A DNA stretch of 59,642 nucleotides, filler included, from Circinaria calcarea (Eukaryota), in assembly GCA_051942165.1 (NCBI GenBank). It is 5 parts of 5 records of this genome, joined end to end, with 100 filler letters (N's around TTAATTAATTAA, not from the genome) between each part and the next. Parts side by side here need not be neighbours in the genome. Positions count along the whole stretch, not along the records: positions 35,867 to 47,706 come from JAVECS010000635.1; positions 47,807 to 59,642 come from JAVECS010000636.1; 3 more parts are not named here. One strand, 5' to 3'. Below are positions 36,019 to 49,937 of the stretch, in pieces. How positions within the stretch are numbered: the first letter of the stretch is position 1; every line of letters starts with the position of its first letter. Under the pieces are notes generated by a model. It ran no database searches. It saw only the letters and a program-made list of their open reading frames with translations, and was not told the DNA's origin. The position numbers were made by a program, and so were the translations under genes.

Positions 36019-36446
36019 GGTATGTGCATTTCTTGGAAGGAGATGTATAATCGCTAGGGCTCGAAATTGGGAGTCGAGGTTCGGAGATGATATAAATTCT
36101 TAGATGTATTTATATAGTTTTAACGGCTAAATCACACGAGCTATAAGCGGTCTTTAGATGACCTTATCGACATAGTCTATGACGCTTTGGAAAATGAATA
36201 CTATTTCAGATGGTGTGATCTTGTGATCTAGGAGTACACTCTCTACAGATAAACAATTGGTTTGAAACTATACAAAGATCGTACCAAGGTTCGCGCCAAG
36301 CGGCACTGAGCACGAGGCTCAAAATTCGGATTAGTGAAAGATAGCACGATACTATGCATGCCTTCTGATAGATTTCGCTGATATGCTGAGCGAAAATTCA
36401 GAGATATAGTTGCTCCCAAAAGTGTGTACAATGTGATTTCTTTTAC

Positions 36447-37442
36447 CTATTTAGAAGTCACCCAACTCGTCCACCCGCCCTTGCCTTTCCCAGCAGCAGC
36501 AACCTGCGCCGCATATTGGTCCAACGAGCCACCTTCGATATTTCTCCGGTCTAATTCCTTCTCTCCTTCTCGCCTCTTCTCCTCGACAGCCTTGACTATA
36601 CTGCCCTCGGCAATCTCTCCCTGATGTGATCGTACATCTCCCACAGTCTCTGCAGGAGCAGGGACTCCTGCTATAGGTGGCGTCTGACCTCCCGCCTCCT
36701 CTCCCATCTTCCGTAAGCCTTCCTCCCCGAGTAATTTCGTGCCCGAATCAGTCTCCTCCTGCTTCAAACCTTCTGTTGAGAACAGCGCCTTGACATAGTC
36801 CAGCACACCCTTTCTTGCCTTACGTGCTGTTTCTGCCTCCTCCGCGGCTCGTTGCCGGTTTAACAAAAGTATCTGATCTTCGTCGGCTATTCCTCTCGCG
36901 GCAGCCTCCCGTGCCTCGGCCAGGCGTTGCTGTAATAAGAGATGTTGTTCGGCGTAAAAGGCATTGCGTTTGCGACGATTGTATATGACCATATCACCAA
37001 GAGCAAAGAGTGTGACGCCACCTGCTATGACTACATGGTCCAGTGTTGTCAGTAATGTTGACTCGGGCGTCCCGACCACTCTTGACATCGGCTGAGGCTA
37101 ACCTGTCAAACTTATTAACCCCATGGCTGTGACTCGGTGCGCTCTATCCGCCCACACTCTTCCCCTGACCACAATCTTGTCCCACGTTGATATTTGCCCC
37201 TGTCTTTGAGCAGCGTGCTGGGCTCGTAATCGTGCAACCTTCTGTGCAGGCGTTTCTGCAGGGCCGCCTGAGCCTCGAGGGGGAAGTTGAGTAGGCGGCA
37301 CATTCCGTGGTTGAGCATGGGACCGTGGAATTGAGGAGGGTGAAAATGTATTCGAGGCAGCGGTGCGAAGAGCAGATGGTTTTGAATAGGCATGAGGGGA
37401 GGTGGCGGTGAAGCGGGTTGCATCTACAGCAGATCTGGACAT
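36447..37442 (-). CDS. Cytochrome c oxidase assembly protein (Cox14-domain, Pezizomycotina type), 2 exons
   Basis: MSRSAVDATRFTAT...ETPAQKVARLR...WDKIVVRGRVWADRAHRVTAMGLISLT|VIAGGVTLFALGDMVIYNRRKR. Confidence 0.78.
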
Positions 37443-37894
37443 GATGGAGACTAGAAAATGTATAATGTGTATTAAGTCGTACTTTAGTGTCAACTGTAGA
37501 GGGTTAATATCAACAATCCGAATGACGATCATGGAAAGTTTAGCGTGAGGTTTGTAGATCTTTTCGGGGATACCGCCGAAATGCCAAGCATCTACGCTTT
37601 GATAGAATCTTGACTGGCTCTCTCATGCCTCGCACTAATTGAAACCATGTACGACATAGTTCAAACGGGTATAAACCAGCTACGTACATGTCGGCTCTCT
37701 TTCTAGTCAATTGTTCGAAAGGCAGATTTGAAAAGACAGCACTGCTGTATGCTTCCAACCTACAGAAAGACTAGTAAACTTGAGGCAGTATAGAACTAGC
37801 AAATCTCATACTGCCATTAAAAGATTTCAAAGCTCAAGCGAGTCTACAAGTTGAAACCTCATCTACAAATCCTTCCTTGAATTGCTCTTCTAAT

Positions 37895-38877
37895 ATGGCT
37901 TCAAACGATTATCAAACGCCAGACCTGGCCGCCGTTCTTCGAACATTGGCAGCATACTCGCAGCCGCAGCCGCAAGCTCATTCTCATTCTCATCAGCTCA
38001 CCCCGCAACTCCTTGCACTTGGACCACCCTTCAGTGGTGATAGCTCTAAAGACGATCTCGAAGATGGCGAATATGATCCCAAAGAGCCGATGCTCCTGCC
38101 CACAGAACGGAGACACAGCCAGGCAAGACCCCCAAGGCCATCTCCATCGACAGCTCCAACTGCCATTACTCCAAAGACGCCACAGGTGGACCCCACCACC
38201 ATAACGACTTGGCCAGCTGCTCTCCGTCACGTTACAAAACTCGTCGCTCGCAACGAAGCCATTGCAGCTCGAATACGTAAACTCATTGACGTGCAACACC
38301 AGCACGAACGGCAATGGTGGGAGGGGAGAGAAGGACTGATCAAGATGCAGGCTGGTAGGGTCGAAGGAAGGAAGAAGGTCGACGACGTCCTGTGAGTCAA
38401 CTTGTTGAAAACTTCATTGTTCTGGTTAGACAATTTTAATCCCAGGGTTCTCACATAGCAAAGCCGTAGGCGGTAAAGTTGACCCAACAATATCCGGGCC
38501 TGTAGGTCCTCACTTTACTTCTCACATGCCCTCCTTATCACGGCCAAACCCTTCACCCTTCATCGGCCCACTCACTCACCAGCATGTTCTAGACCCCTGA
38601 AGAAGACGCCGCAGAGCTTGCCCGCTACGACCGAAAAGTCTACCGTGCATGCACAGAAATGGTCACCGCCACAGCCAACGAACTCAAATCTTTGGGTGTG
38701 CCGTTCTTTGGGATACCCCAATCCTCCATCGTGGCAGATGAAGGAACAGACAATGCCCCCAGAAAGCAATCTACCGGAGCAACCTCCGGGGGAGATGAGA
38801 ATAAGCTAAGGCGGAGTGAACTGATGGAGCTGCAGAAGCGGATGTTGGAGCTGCTTGAAGACTTGTGTAAAAATTAG
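37895..38877 (+). CDS. DUF2458-family protein (3 exons)
   Basis: PDLAAVLRTL, DPTTITTWPAALRHV, QHQHERQWWEGREGL, ELARYDRKVYRA...ELKSLGVPFFG, ELQKRMLELLEDLC. Confidence 0.8.
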
Positions 38878-39361
38878 CGCGTCACGGCAGGTTTTGGGTC
38901 GTGGCGTGGTATTCTTTGGCCAATGTGACGTTGAAGGACTTGTTGCTGAGATGTTTCGTGGTGAGTCAGGTTTCAACCAGGAACGTGACGAGTGCAAAAC
39001 CGGGCTTATTTGGTGATGGTGTTGTGTAGCCTTGATGAGAATTCTCCTGGCTTTCTTTATCATGGAACGAGCCGTTGAGCATGTATCCCTGCGGCGGAGG
39101 CACTCAAATTCAAGACCTCCAACTAGTTTTTCATCAACTCCAAACATGAAATTAAATAGCGCAGCACCGAAGTCATAAACGGCCCGTGTGAGAAAACTGG
39201 GGTCACCTAGGTGTTATTCCTTGAAGAGGGATTGATCCTTGAACTAAACTTGCAAACCCCCCAAAAAACAAACAAAACCGCGCAAGGAGTCGCCGAAACG
39301 CCATCGCTTCGAACACAAATGAAAATACTGCAATCAGTCACGCACTAGCAGTCACATCCAA

Positions 39362-41119
39362 TTAGCCTTCTTCCCCGTCCTTCATCGTTTTGACTCTATC
39401 AACAAACCCCTCGCCCCTCAACATCCCCAGCGTCCTCCTAACAACGCCTGAGCTGACGGCCGAAGGATTAACCTCATAAACCGTGTTGAGCAACATCAAG
39501 CCCGCCACGAAAACCCACACGTCTCTGTTCTTACCCTGATTCCACCAGCCCCTCTTTACGCCGACCTTCCATAAACTGTCAATACTCAACCTAGCCGAAT
39601 ACATGAATTCGCCTCTCCCTCGCTTCCTATCCAAAAGCGCCCAAAATCCGCTGAGGAAACCGCCCCAGAAAAACCGCTGGGTAGGAAGAAAGGTTCGAGG
39701 AAGAAGATATTGCCATAGGCAGATACTGCCCCAACTTGTGCCAATAGCGCCGGAAATAAAGAGGGTTGTTCGCAGAATGCGCTTCGCTAAGTGATTGAAG
39801 TGTTTGGACGGGTCATGAAGAAAGGACTTGTATCGACGGAGAGCGAAAAGGCCAAGGATCAAGGTGAAGTATCTGGCAAAGTCGACGATTGCCTTTGGGA
39901 AGTAAGTAATGTAGGTACGGAGGCAGGAGGGATCATTGGGATGCAGGAAGGCGCAGGAGAGGGAAGTGATTGATGGATGAGCGGCGGATGTTACTGGCGA
40001 TACTGCGGTGAGGGAGGGAGGGAGTGTCTGGCTTGCGGAGGGAAATAAGATGGGTGAAATAAAGGGCCTAGAGGTCGTTGTAACAAGTAAGCCGGGGATC
40101 TTTCAAAGAAGGGCAATAGGCTTCAGATATTGACATACGGCCAGTTCAGTCTCGCCATTTCTCCTAGGCTGCCGTAGACCTGGTCATGACCCGGCCAGGC
40201 TAAATGGGTCGGGTATCCAGGTGGCCGACGCTGGATGTAGTTGTGGGTGTGATCTAGGATGAAATCACCATACGCCTCGTGTAGAAGTTAGCTTTATATC
40301 TTCCACCGTTTGGAGATTGGTACCTTTGGGAAACAGTCTCCGTCAAACACAGCAGCAGCATGCAGGAGTTGGCCAAAAACTGGCGGCATCAGCATCCAGC
40401 TTCCAAACCACCATGGCCGACCTTTGAACCATCCCTCATCTTCAAGTGCATCATATGCGAACTCGATGGCTCGAGTGGCTATGTAGATTGCTATCGTGAT
40501 CCTCAATTGATCGCCGGGGTACACCCCCAAGGCAAATCCAGCCAGACTGGCGCCAATAGCAGGAGCCAGGCGCGAGGTTAACGTCTTGGAGATGCGGGGA
40601 TTTCGCCGTCGGAAAGGGGCCGCATCCTTGGTGAGGAGGTTGGAACGTAGCCGTACGAAGAATCGATGTAAGAGTCGGTGCAGCAGCAGGATCATGGAGA
40701 CGGAGAGGGAAAGTCGGAGATTGGAGGATTTGATGGTCGAGGTTGGGGGTTTCCTTCTGCTGTTGTGATTAGAGTACTTTTTTTCCAACGAGGCACGCCA
40801 GGGGCTACCTTGATCCCTCATGCCGCCTCAGAATCTGCGTGGAGACGATATCCCATAGCTTCAAGCCTGCTTGCGTGGCGATGAAGACGCGCAGAGAGGC
40901 GCGGAAGGTGGCCGCGTTGTACTCGTCCTGGCTCTTGACAACGGCCGCATACTTGGAAGGTTGTGGAGCCCGCCGACGCAGCGGTCGAGGAGATTGGGTA
41001 ATCAGATAGTGGTGAAGGGTTTGGTATTCCTTTGCGCTGATGGTATATCGGAGCGTATTCAGGAGTATGGGATCGAGCTTGGAGGAGGGCGAGCTGTGAG
41101 ATGGCGCTGAGGTCGTCAT
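39362..41119 (-). CDS. TMEM135-like integral membrane protein (multi-exon)
   Basis: DPILLNTLRYTISAKEY, FRASLRVF, RPWWFGSWMLMP...FDGDCFP, GAIGTSWGSIC...LPTQRFFWGGFLSG. Confidence 0.82.
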
Positions 41120-41813
41120 TGTACCTTGTCCTCTGATGCTCTATCGGTAGAGGTAAGTCGTCGAAGCTTCTCTGTCCCGAACATGACCAAACCCAGCTGG
41201 ACGCTGTGAATAGCGCAGTGTTCGTCAACGGCAGGCCTATTCTGATCGATGCCTCGGCTTCACGCATCTGTAAACATGGGGTGAAGATCGCGGGGGGTGG
41301 CCGGTGGCCGGTGGCCTGTGGTCTGTGTAGGGGTTACTCAGCCTTGCCGCTGTTCTGCCTTGACAGCTCACAGCTTATAGCAGTAGTATGCACGAGCTTT
41401 GTCGTTCGTTACTCAAACAAGATCCTTCACCGCTTTCAGACCTCTCTTTTGGGCATCCCCACAGAATGTATTCGCCACTGGCCATGGCTCCTCATCGATC
41501 CAGCTGGTCTGCGGGGGGAGTGCGCGGAAGTGTGCAAGCCTCAAGGCTGCCGTGTCTGCCTACGCATGTCTCTCCCGGTCTAGAATCCATTGAATGGACA
41601 GCGTTAAATGGAGTCTCCCCCCTCCCGCATAAGCTCTTTCTGAGCCGAGCAGGCCCCACTGTCTCGTTGACTCATGAATGCCTAAGCCTTGTCAACGTCT
41701 ATAAGAACTTCGTGTCGGACTGTACCTACGACTTTTCCTTTGATTGCACGTTTCCGGTAGAGATATACTGTACAGCTTGAATCACCAGTTTATCTCATTC
41801 CCACTGGCTAGCT

Positions 41814-43547
41814 ATGGGATCTTTTGCATCCGAGGGCCCTCGGGGCGTTTTCTTGGACTACGAGCAACATTCGAACGTTGGTCAAACATCAACGAAAGTG
41901 GTCTTGTCTGCTTCCCTTCGTGCCCATTACCCCAATCATACCCTCACCATTGTCACGCCGTATTCATGCGATTTGCTCGGCTTTGCAAAAGCAGGCCACG
42001 CAACCGCCGAACTTGACGCAACCAAGGACTCCTACCTATCATCACGCTCCTATGCAGGCTTGCCGACACGATGGAGCGAAGGTGAAGGCTCTGTCATCGA
42101 TGACCTTGTCTTTGGAAGGTACAATTATGATTGGTACGACCACAGTTTTGTGCTTTATGTCGCAGATTGTGCTCAGACGAATAAACGTCCTGAAACCAAC
42201 TACTTCATCCTCCACCAAGCCAAACCTGAGGATATGGTTCAATCAAACTCCAAAGTAGTCGACGAGCTCATTAGCACCGTCTCGCAATGGACCATGGAGC
42301 TTCATGACGAGATTCTGGTGTATGATGGCTACTGGATGAAAGACAAGCAGCTGTGGAAGGCGGTCAAGGACTCGAAGTGGGATGATGTGATACTTGACAA
42401 AAACACCAAGAAAGCTCTGATCAACGATGTGGAGGGTTTCTATAGCGCACGCGATGCATATAAGCGATTCGCCATACAATGGAAGGTAAGCCTAGCGAGG
42501 TAACGATTCGATGTGGTAACATTTCGCCTTCCTCTAACAGTTCTTCAGAGGGGTATAATCTTGCATGGACCGCCGGGGAATGGTAATAAACTTATCGTCC
42601 AAATTCGATTGCAAAGCTAACGGTACTCCAGGCAAAACTATTTCAATCAAAGGTTCGCCCACCTTCTGATCTCCCTCGGAGCTATAACGATGTTTACTCA
42701 TTATAGCGCTTATGAACTCTCTGTACTCCCGCGTGGAGCCCATTTCTAGTCTCTACGTGAAAAGCTTTAAAAATTGCAGTGGGGAACAGGTGGCGATCAA
42801 GGACATCTTTACCAAAGCTCGAGCAATGGCACCATGCCTCCTTGTGCTTGAGGATCTCGACAGCTTAGTAACCGATAAACTTCGAAGCTACTTCCTAAAC
42901 GAAGTGGATGGATTGCAAAGCAACGATGGAATACTAATCCTCGGCAGTACCAACCATCGTGAGTATACTATTCTCACGCATGACGCATAACCGTGTTGAC
43001 AAAGAGCAGTGGAGAAGCTCGACCCTGCCATTGTGAAGCGTCCGAGTCGATTCGACCGCAAGTATCCATTCCAGCCCCCAGTGCTTGCAGAAAGGCTGCA
43101 GTACTGCAACTATTGGATGTAAGTAACCCCGTTAATCCCTTCGATTAAAGATGATATAACCTTGGTATAGCGGAGCTACGGCCCGTTTAATATAATCCGA
43201 AGAAAATGCAAGCTGTTCGTACTCTTGCTGACTCCGATCCTCGTTCTAGGAAGAAACTCGAAGATGTACATGAGATTCGCTATTCAACGTCAGATCACGC
43301 GCCCATCGCCGAGATGACAGATGGGTTTACCTTTGCCTACCTAAAGGAAGCTTTCGTGGCCACCCTATTTTATCTCTTTGCTAATCAAGCAGAAGCAAAG
43401 GGCAGTGACGGCCAAGATGGTCCTTCGGCGTTTGTCAAGGCTTTTGCAGCGCAGGTTGACGTATTAAAAGAGCAGATGAGCGAGAAAAGCGAAGAGGAGA
43501 AGATGAAGGGGGCGGATGTCAAGGTCGTTGTAGAGACCAATAAGTAG
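41814..43547 (+). CDS. Fungal AAA+ ATPase (multi-exon)
   Basis: [20 protein letters not shown] (Walker A), [13 protein letters not shown] (Walker B), [29 protein letters not shown] (SRH), [14 protein letters not shown]. Confidence 0.9.
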
Positions 43548-44026
43548 GAATAAAGACTAAGGTAGTGATATAGAAATAGAGAGGAGAAGATCATATTGTG
43601 ACTACTCGGACTATAACTCGTTATGTGGTACTTGATAACCATTTCTGCTAGTGTGTACTGCTACCATCCGATCCCAAAGCCTTTATCTATCTTAAACGCG
43701 TCTGGCCAATGCGATCTAGTGGTAAAAGATAGTCCTGGTTCGCCGCCATGGACTCTTTCTGCTGCGGTTTATGTCCTTTGACAGTATCCAGGTTAACATT
43801 CATTCCTGCACACAGTGAGTGAAGTGATAATATCGGAACGGGGTGGCTAAGACGATGTGGATGCTTGGCGGAAATCAAGGTAGGTGGGCGTGTATGAAAA
43901 TAAAAGGGGATGCTTACTCGACCATGACTATGCTGGTTATCGGAGGGAGTTTGCTTTTGCGGTTAGGCGTAGTGGGGAGTGGCAAGCTTGATCGAAGTGT
44001 GCATCGAATCGTGTTTTCTTTTATAC

Positions 44027-44113
44027 ATTCTCTCGTGCCGCCTGTCGTGCCCCTTCTCGTGCCTCCTCTCGTGCCTTCTCTCGTACCTCCTCTCGTACAT
44101 TCTCCAGTACATT
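44027..44113. repeat. 12-bp tandem repeat (TCCTCTCGTGCC-type), ~7 copies
   Basis: Directly visible degenerate array. Confidence 0.8.
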
Positions 44114-45373
44114 CAGCCATGCAAATGTCCCGGCCATAATTCGTGGAGTGTACAATGGATGTTGTGTGCATTTATTAAATGAACTGGAGGTCAATAGCTA
44201 ATATCCCGACCTTTTAATCTATGGGGGAGACAAAAACACTACCCCGGAAAGTTGCTGATCAAGATATTAGCTGATATCTTAGAACATATGAGGAATAGGT
44301 ATAAGCAATACCTCAGTATGGGAGTAAGGCGTGTTAAGGTGCTGTTGCTGTTCCGAATTCCTCTGCTTATCGACTCTGATACGGGTGGAGTGGTGAAGAT
44401 GTAATGTCGAGCGATATGTATGGTGGCATATATTGTTATGTGAGTGTTGTGGTGGCGCTTTCCCTGGCATATGAGGGAAGGGCACACTATTTTTGCGTGT
44501 AGTTTTAGAGCGGGATCCCCGTATAAAAAAAAAGAAAAAAAACCCCCCTCTCCATTTTTTTTGGTAGTGAAAACGTGACACGAATTTAGACCACTTGTAG
44601 GCGGCTGTCATTTTGCCCATAGCATACAACTCGTCATTCAGCGTGTAACTAGCTAAGCTAGCATCCAGCGGAAATAATGCTTTTAGAGGTATGTGGTACG
44701 TGTGAAGCGTGGACCACACATTACCCGGTGAGTAACACGTGACTGGGTAAGCCCTAAAACTTCCAGTATGTAAGACTTGAGGTTTAGAGTTGACGGTTTA
44801 TTTCTGGGTTACTAAAAGAAGATGCAAGTTGAAGCTTTGCTTTACCATAGTACCTTCCACTTAACTAAAAGTAAAAGTGTTAGGTTTTCTTCACCAACAA
44901 ACAATCTTATAGCTTCTTCAACAATTATTAGCTTCGTCTCTATAGGGATTAGTGAAAGCAGGGGATAAACGCGGTTCTGTGAATAACGCAAGTTCAGAGG
45001 AAATTTATCACCGGGTTTATAATCCCGATGCCTAATGCCTATTCCACCTTCTCACGTGTTATGGATTTGTAGGTATAGTGGCTGTTTAACGCGCCTAATG
45101 TACTCGGCAAAGGGTTGTATAAATTCTTAAGGGAAAGGGAGGGGTTAATGTGGATGGAGGGTGGTATCTTTTCTGGTGTATATTCATATCTTTTCTATAT
45201 GAGATGCAATTATCTTTTGGGCCGTCTATGGTTGTTGTAAGAGAGTCTCCCCTCAACAGTATCTCTGTTGTTGTGGTGGAGATCGTATAGTGTTTTCATT
45301 TCTAAGATGGCAAGGTTCTAATATACAATGTTTTCCCCCTTCCTTCCACGGAAGGTCCCGGGACCCTCTGTGA

Positions 45374-45606
45374 CAGTCTCCTCCCTCAATAATATCTCCT
45401 CCCTCAACAGTATCTCCTCCCTCAACAGTATCTCCTCCCTCAACAGTATCTCCTCCCTCAACAGTATCTCCTCCCTCAACAGTATCTCCTCCCTCAACAG
45501 TATCTTCCCCCCTCAACGACATCTCCTCCCTCAACAGTATCTTCCCCCCTCAACGACATCTCCTCCCTCAACAGTATCTCCTCTCTCAACAGCATCTCCT
45601 TCAACA
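45374..45606. repeat. 18-bp minisatellite CTCAACAGTATCTCCTCC, ~13 copies
   Basis: Tandem units with no spacers, plus a solitary partial copy near 45246-45265. Minus strand reads (EGGDTV)n. Confidence 0.92.
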
Positions 45607-46855
45607 TCCACTACATCAAGATGTTTCTTAACTTCGGTGTGACCTTGCCCTGGCCAGGAAACCTTGCTGCAACAGGCTTACAAGCTGGCGCTTGGTAAAT
45701 GAAAAGGGTAATCTCCAGCCCAGCTAAAAACAGAATAGAAAAGGAAAGGAAAAGGAAAAGGAGTATTTCATCCTGGATCCCCTCTCCCCTCTACTCTTTT
45801 CCCCTTTTCTTATCCCGCCTTTTCTTATTTCCCGTTGTTTTTTTTATCTCATACACCCTTTTCCACCTCATCCCCCTTCTCTACCTCATGCCCCCTTTTT
45901 CCGCCTCATCTCCCAAACCAGCCCACCCACCCTCGGCCCCTCAGCTACCCTTCGATCCTCTCTTTTTTTCATTCCTTCCTATCTTTCTTTCTTTCTTGCT
46001 TGCTTCCCACCTCTTCCTCCCAGCCTCACCCTCACCCTCATCCCCCACATTCACGTCCTCGGGTTCCTCGGGTACCTCGGCCATACCACCACCACCACCA
46101 CCACTACCACTATCAAAGATCAGCAAAAGCCAAGTAAAACAAACAGTATGAGTTAGCAAAACGGTGACACCCGCCCCGGACCGCGTTTCCATCCCGATCA
46201 TTGGAACCGGAAAGTAGGAAATGGGATCGAGGGAAATGGGGAACAGAGATTCTTTCCAGGAACTAGGACAGAACTTCCAATGAGTGCCGAGGCCCGAGGA
46301 CAGGAAACCGGACCTGGTTGGTCGGTTTGGGTTGGGAATTGGGAACAAAGAGTGCGCAGGCCAGGCAGGCCAGGCAGGCTAGATGGATTAGGATTCCCAA
46401 AGGGGCATTTGTCGGATAAGAGGCCAGGAGGGAAGGAGGCCTGCCTTATAGAATTGGAGGGATCAGGGAGTCCAGTCCGGATCGAAAAAAGTTCAGTCGT
46501 GTGGTAAAAACGGAACGAACAGTTTTTTTAAAAAAAAACCCTCAAGAATTAATTGAGAATTTTTCGTTTGAGACTCTATGGGAGAACCCTCAACCTATTT
46601 TGGACGTTGGGATCCCCCCCTGTGGCATTTTAGAAAATCATTCCGGACTTTTTCGTCGGACCAACCCAAACCAAATTTCTTTTGTTTGTCTTTTTTTTTT
46701 TTTTTTTTGGGAAACGCGTAGCAGATGGCGCAGAGGAGAGGAGAGGAAGAGGAAGAGGAAGAGAGAAAAAAGGACCAATGGCAGGGAGAAGGAGAGGGAG
46801 AGTGAGAGGAGCGGAAAAATGGGAGGAAGAAGAAGAAGGATCCTCCCGGTACAAG

Positions 46856-46900
46856 GCCGAAAGCCGAAAGCTGAAAGCCGAAAGCCGAAAGCTGAGAGCT
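46856..46900. repeat. 7-bp microsatellite (GCCGAAA)n within a purine/pyrimidine-rich low-complexity tract (~45700-46900)
   Basis: GCCGAAAGCCGAAAGCTGAAAGCCGAAAGCCGAAAGCTGAGA. Confidence 0.85.
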
Positions 46901-47706
46901 AAAGGACAAAACGCATCATTACCCAACACCCCCCAGCCGCAGGATGACAGGCATCAAACCCGCCGACAGCTGTGTCAGCGCAAAGCGTGACTTGACTTTG
47001 CGCAAGGAACAAGGTAGAGGAAGGACTTGACTACCTTGAACAAGACGGAATCAAGTCGAGTGTACAAGGAGTCCGAAAGGATCTGGAACTACGGCAGTCA
47101 CGGAGGATTGAAGACATGCGAGCTAAAGTGGTAACAACGATTTGAAAATGACAATGAGAGATCCGTAGACAGTGTTTGATGGTTCCCGTGAGAAGGAGCG
47201 GGAGGCCTATGCTGAGTGGGGAGATATGGTTGGCATCAGTAGAAGCCAGTGCCAAGGCAAGAGGTTTGGTCTGCCTGAAACGGAGCCGGTGCGGAGATGA
47301 GATGAGATGGTTAAACTGACTAAACCATACATTGTGAAACAGTGGTTCTTGATTGAATTCGAATGCATTTTATGCATGCAGGATTGTTACCATTCTATTA
47401 CCTCGTAAACATCAGTATCCACCACGCCGTAACTTCAGCATGAACGCAAAGGATTTGACTCTCCTGCTTCAAAGGAATGCCTGTTTTGGCCTATCGTCAC
47501 CATCATATTCATTCCTTCATCCATCCACGCAATCCACCAAGGCTAAACGAATTAGCTCTTTTCATACCTTCTCTCCCAACGGTGCGACACTGGAACTCTG
47601 CGCAATCGTATCCGCCGGACCCGTTGCCGTCGTATCCCCTTGCATCCCACTCTTCTTGCACCCGCTGCAAGCACACTTGCCGGGCTCACAAGGGCAGGCC
47701 CCGTCG

Positions 47707-47806
47707 NNNNNNNNNNNNNNNNNNNNNNNNNNNNNNNNNNNNNNNNNNNNTTAATTAATTAANNNNNNNNNNNNNNNNNNNNNNNNNNNNNNNNNNNNNN
47801 NNNNNN
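47707..47806. other. Artificial contig spacer
   Basis: N44-TTAATTAATTAA-N44. Confidence 0.98.
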
Positions 47807-48319
47807 TCCCCACTCTACCCGCCCCTGCTATGTTAGGAAAGCGGAAGACAACTAACCTTTTGTCGATTGGGTGGTTTTTCACAACAGGAGCAAGAAGCCG
47901 AAGCTTACGCCACGCTGCAAAAAGTGACGGTGGGGGCGTTGGTGTTGTATTTCTGTGAGTTTTTCTCTCGATCCGCAACTGGGGGGGGATTTTGGAACTG
48001 GGGAGAGGGTTAAGAGGATCCGGGGGGCTAATGGAAGTGGTAATCTATAGCGCCGTTTGTGGTTGATTATGTGAAGAGGCTGGTTTGAGCTGGTGAAACG
48101 GAGGAGTGGGGAGGAATGGGAGGAATGGGAGGAATGGGAGGGAGAATGGGAGGGAGAACGTGAGGAGGTAGGTGTACGATATGGGATGGATAGGATAAGA
48201 GTAAACCTTTCAGGGAGAATGGAGGGGATTGAAATCTTTTACGAAAGGGTATTCCCTTTATCAATATGGACATCGCAGCAACTATCATATCGCAATACAG
48301 AGCACTCCGGCCGCACCAT

Positions 48320-49937
48320 CTATCTACCTCGGCCAAAGCTACCTCCCGCCGGATTTGACTCCTCCCACTCCGTGTATTCCTTTTGAATCCGCTCGAGTTC
48401 TCTGGTGAGATGGGACAACTGCGAACTGTAATCCTCTAGGATCTGTAAAATTATTAGCTTGGTACCAATCTAACAGGAGAAACAGAGCACAAACCTTCTT
48501 TGCCCTTTTCAGTACTTCTTCATCGATTCCTTGACTCTGCTCGCCAACCAGGTTTCTCCCTGCCCTCTCAAACTCCGCTTGCAGTAACCGGCCCCTTTCC
48601 CGTACATTCACCATCCGCGCCCAGATTTCCTCTCCCCTTCCATTCAGCGCTGGATCAAGAACGCTCTTCTCTAGTACCAGCAGCTTCTTCTTCAGCTCTT
48701 CCTCGGCACTGTCCATCGCGTAGCCTCGATTCCTCAAGACTTGTACCTTCGTTGCAAGTGCCAAGCACTTTTGACTTAACCGCAAATGCTTTCGTCTGCA
48801 CTCTGTAGTTCGGCTCGAGATATCGAGATCATGTCGTCTCAGGAGATCTGTCAACCCGTTGTTGATCTCGTATAGTCGGCCGTGTAGGACCTTCAAATGT
48901 TCTTCCTGACTAACAATCCGGTGACCGAGTTGCTCAAAACCTCTAACGATGAACGGAATCGCTCCAGGATTGGGCCGCTTTTGCAAAGCTTCTTCCCATT
49001 TTTCTTCATTGTCGCTAGGATCAGGACGATAAAAAGGGGCAGCGTCGACACTGACTGTATTGTATAGGTAGGTTTGGAAAACAGTATTCGGAGATTGGGG
49101 GTTCCATTTGGAGTAGACCAGTTCGATTTGATCGGTCACGGATTTTTGGCCTGCCAATTCTCGTTAGTGGAAGGAACCAACGTATCCACTCGGGCGAGGT
49201 GAAGTACGAGGAGTCATGTCTTGTTCTGTCCATATCCTATTCTGCTGAGACTGTCCAAAAAAGCTGCCTTGCTGCGGAACCTGCTGTTGCTGTGGCTGCT
49301 GTACGTTCTGTGCACTATTACCAAACAAACCACCCCCGAAGCCAGTCCCTTGTTGTTGATTCTGCTGGTTCGTACTAGCATTTCCAAACAGTCCTCCAGC
49401 CGTCGTCCCTATAGGCTTGCCAAATCCCCCAAATGCTGATTGTTGTTGAGGCTGCAACTGTGTAGATGTTCCAAATAACCCACCCCCTTGCGCCGGCTGA
49501 GCTTTTGAGTTACTGTTTCCAAAGAGACCGCCACCCGATTGGGTGGCGCCGAACAGGCTACCCCCTTGAGGAGCCTTTGTAGTGCTCGCAGCGCCAAAGA
49601 GGCCGCCTGCCTGTGGAGCTGCCGAAGTGTTCGTGCTCGCGCCGAACAGATTACTCGCTGGCGGAGCTGCTGTGCTAGCACCAAATAGACCGCCTGCTTG
49701 TGGAGCTGTAGAGGCGTTCGCGCTGGCACCGAACAAGCCGCCTGGTTGTGAAGTTGCACTGGGATTGCTGGTACCGAATAGAGAACCCCCTGATGGTGCT
49801 GAGGTAGTGTTCGTATTCAAAGAGCCAAAGAGGTTCGGTTTGCTTTGGCTTCCACCGAACCCACCAAACGTATTAGACGATTGTTGATTATTGCTTCCGA
49901 AACCCCCCGATGTACTGCTACCAAACAGATTAGACAT
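48320..49937 (-). CDS. NUP57: GLFG nucleoporin Nup57/Nup54 (3 exons)
   Basis: Many GGLFG/FG repeats, then KSVTDQI...KWNP...FQTYLYN...WEEAL...RGFEQL...LRNRGYAMDSAEEEL. Last exon ILEDYSSQLSHLTREL...GR*. Confidence 0.92.

Noticed and set aside
45374..45606. CRISPR array or intact repeat-protein gene
   Set aside because: Pure tandem units without spacers; 1-nt insertions break the frame.
45699..46990. ORFs in the low-complexity tract
   Set aside because: Products of purine/pyrimidine runs and microsatellites, open in several frames with no coherent protein.
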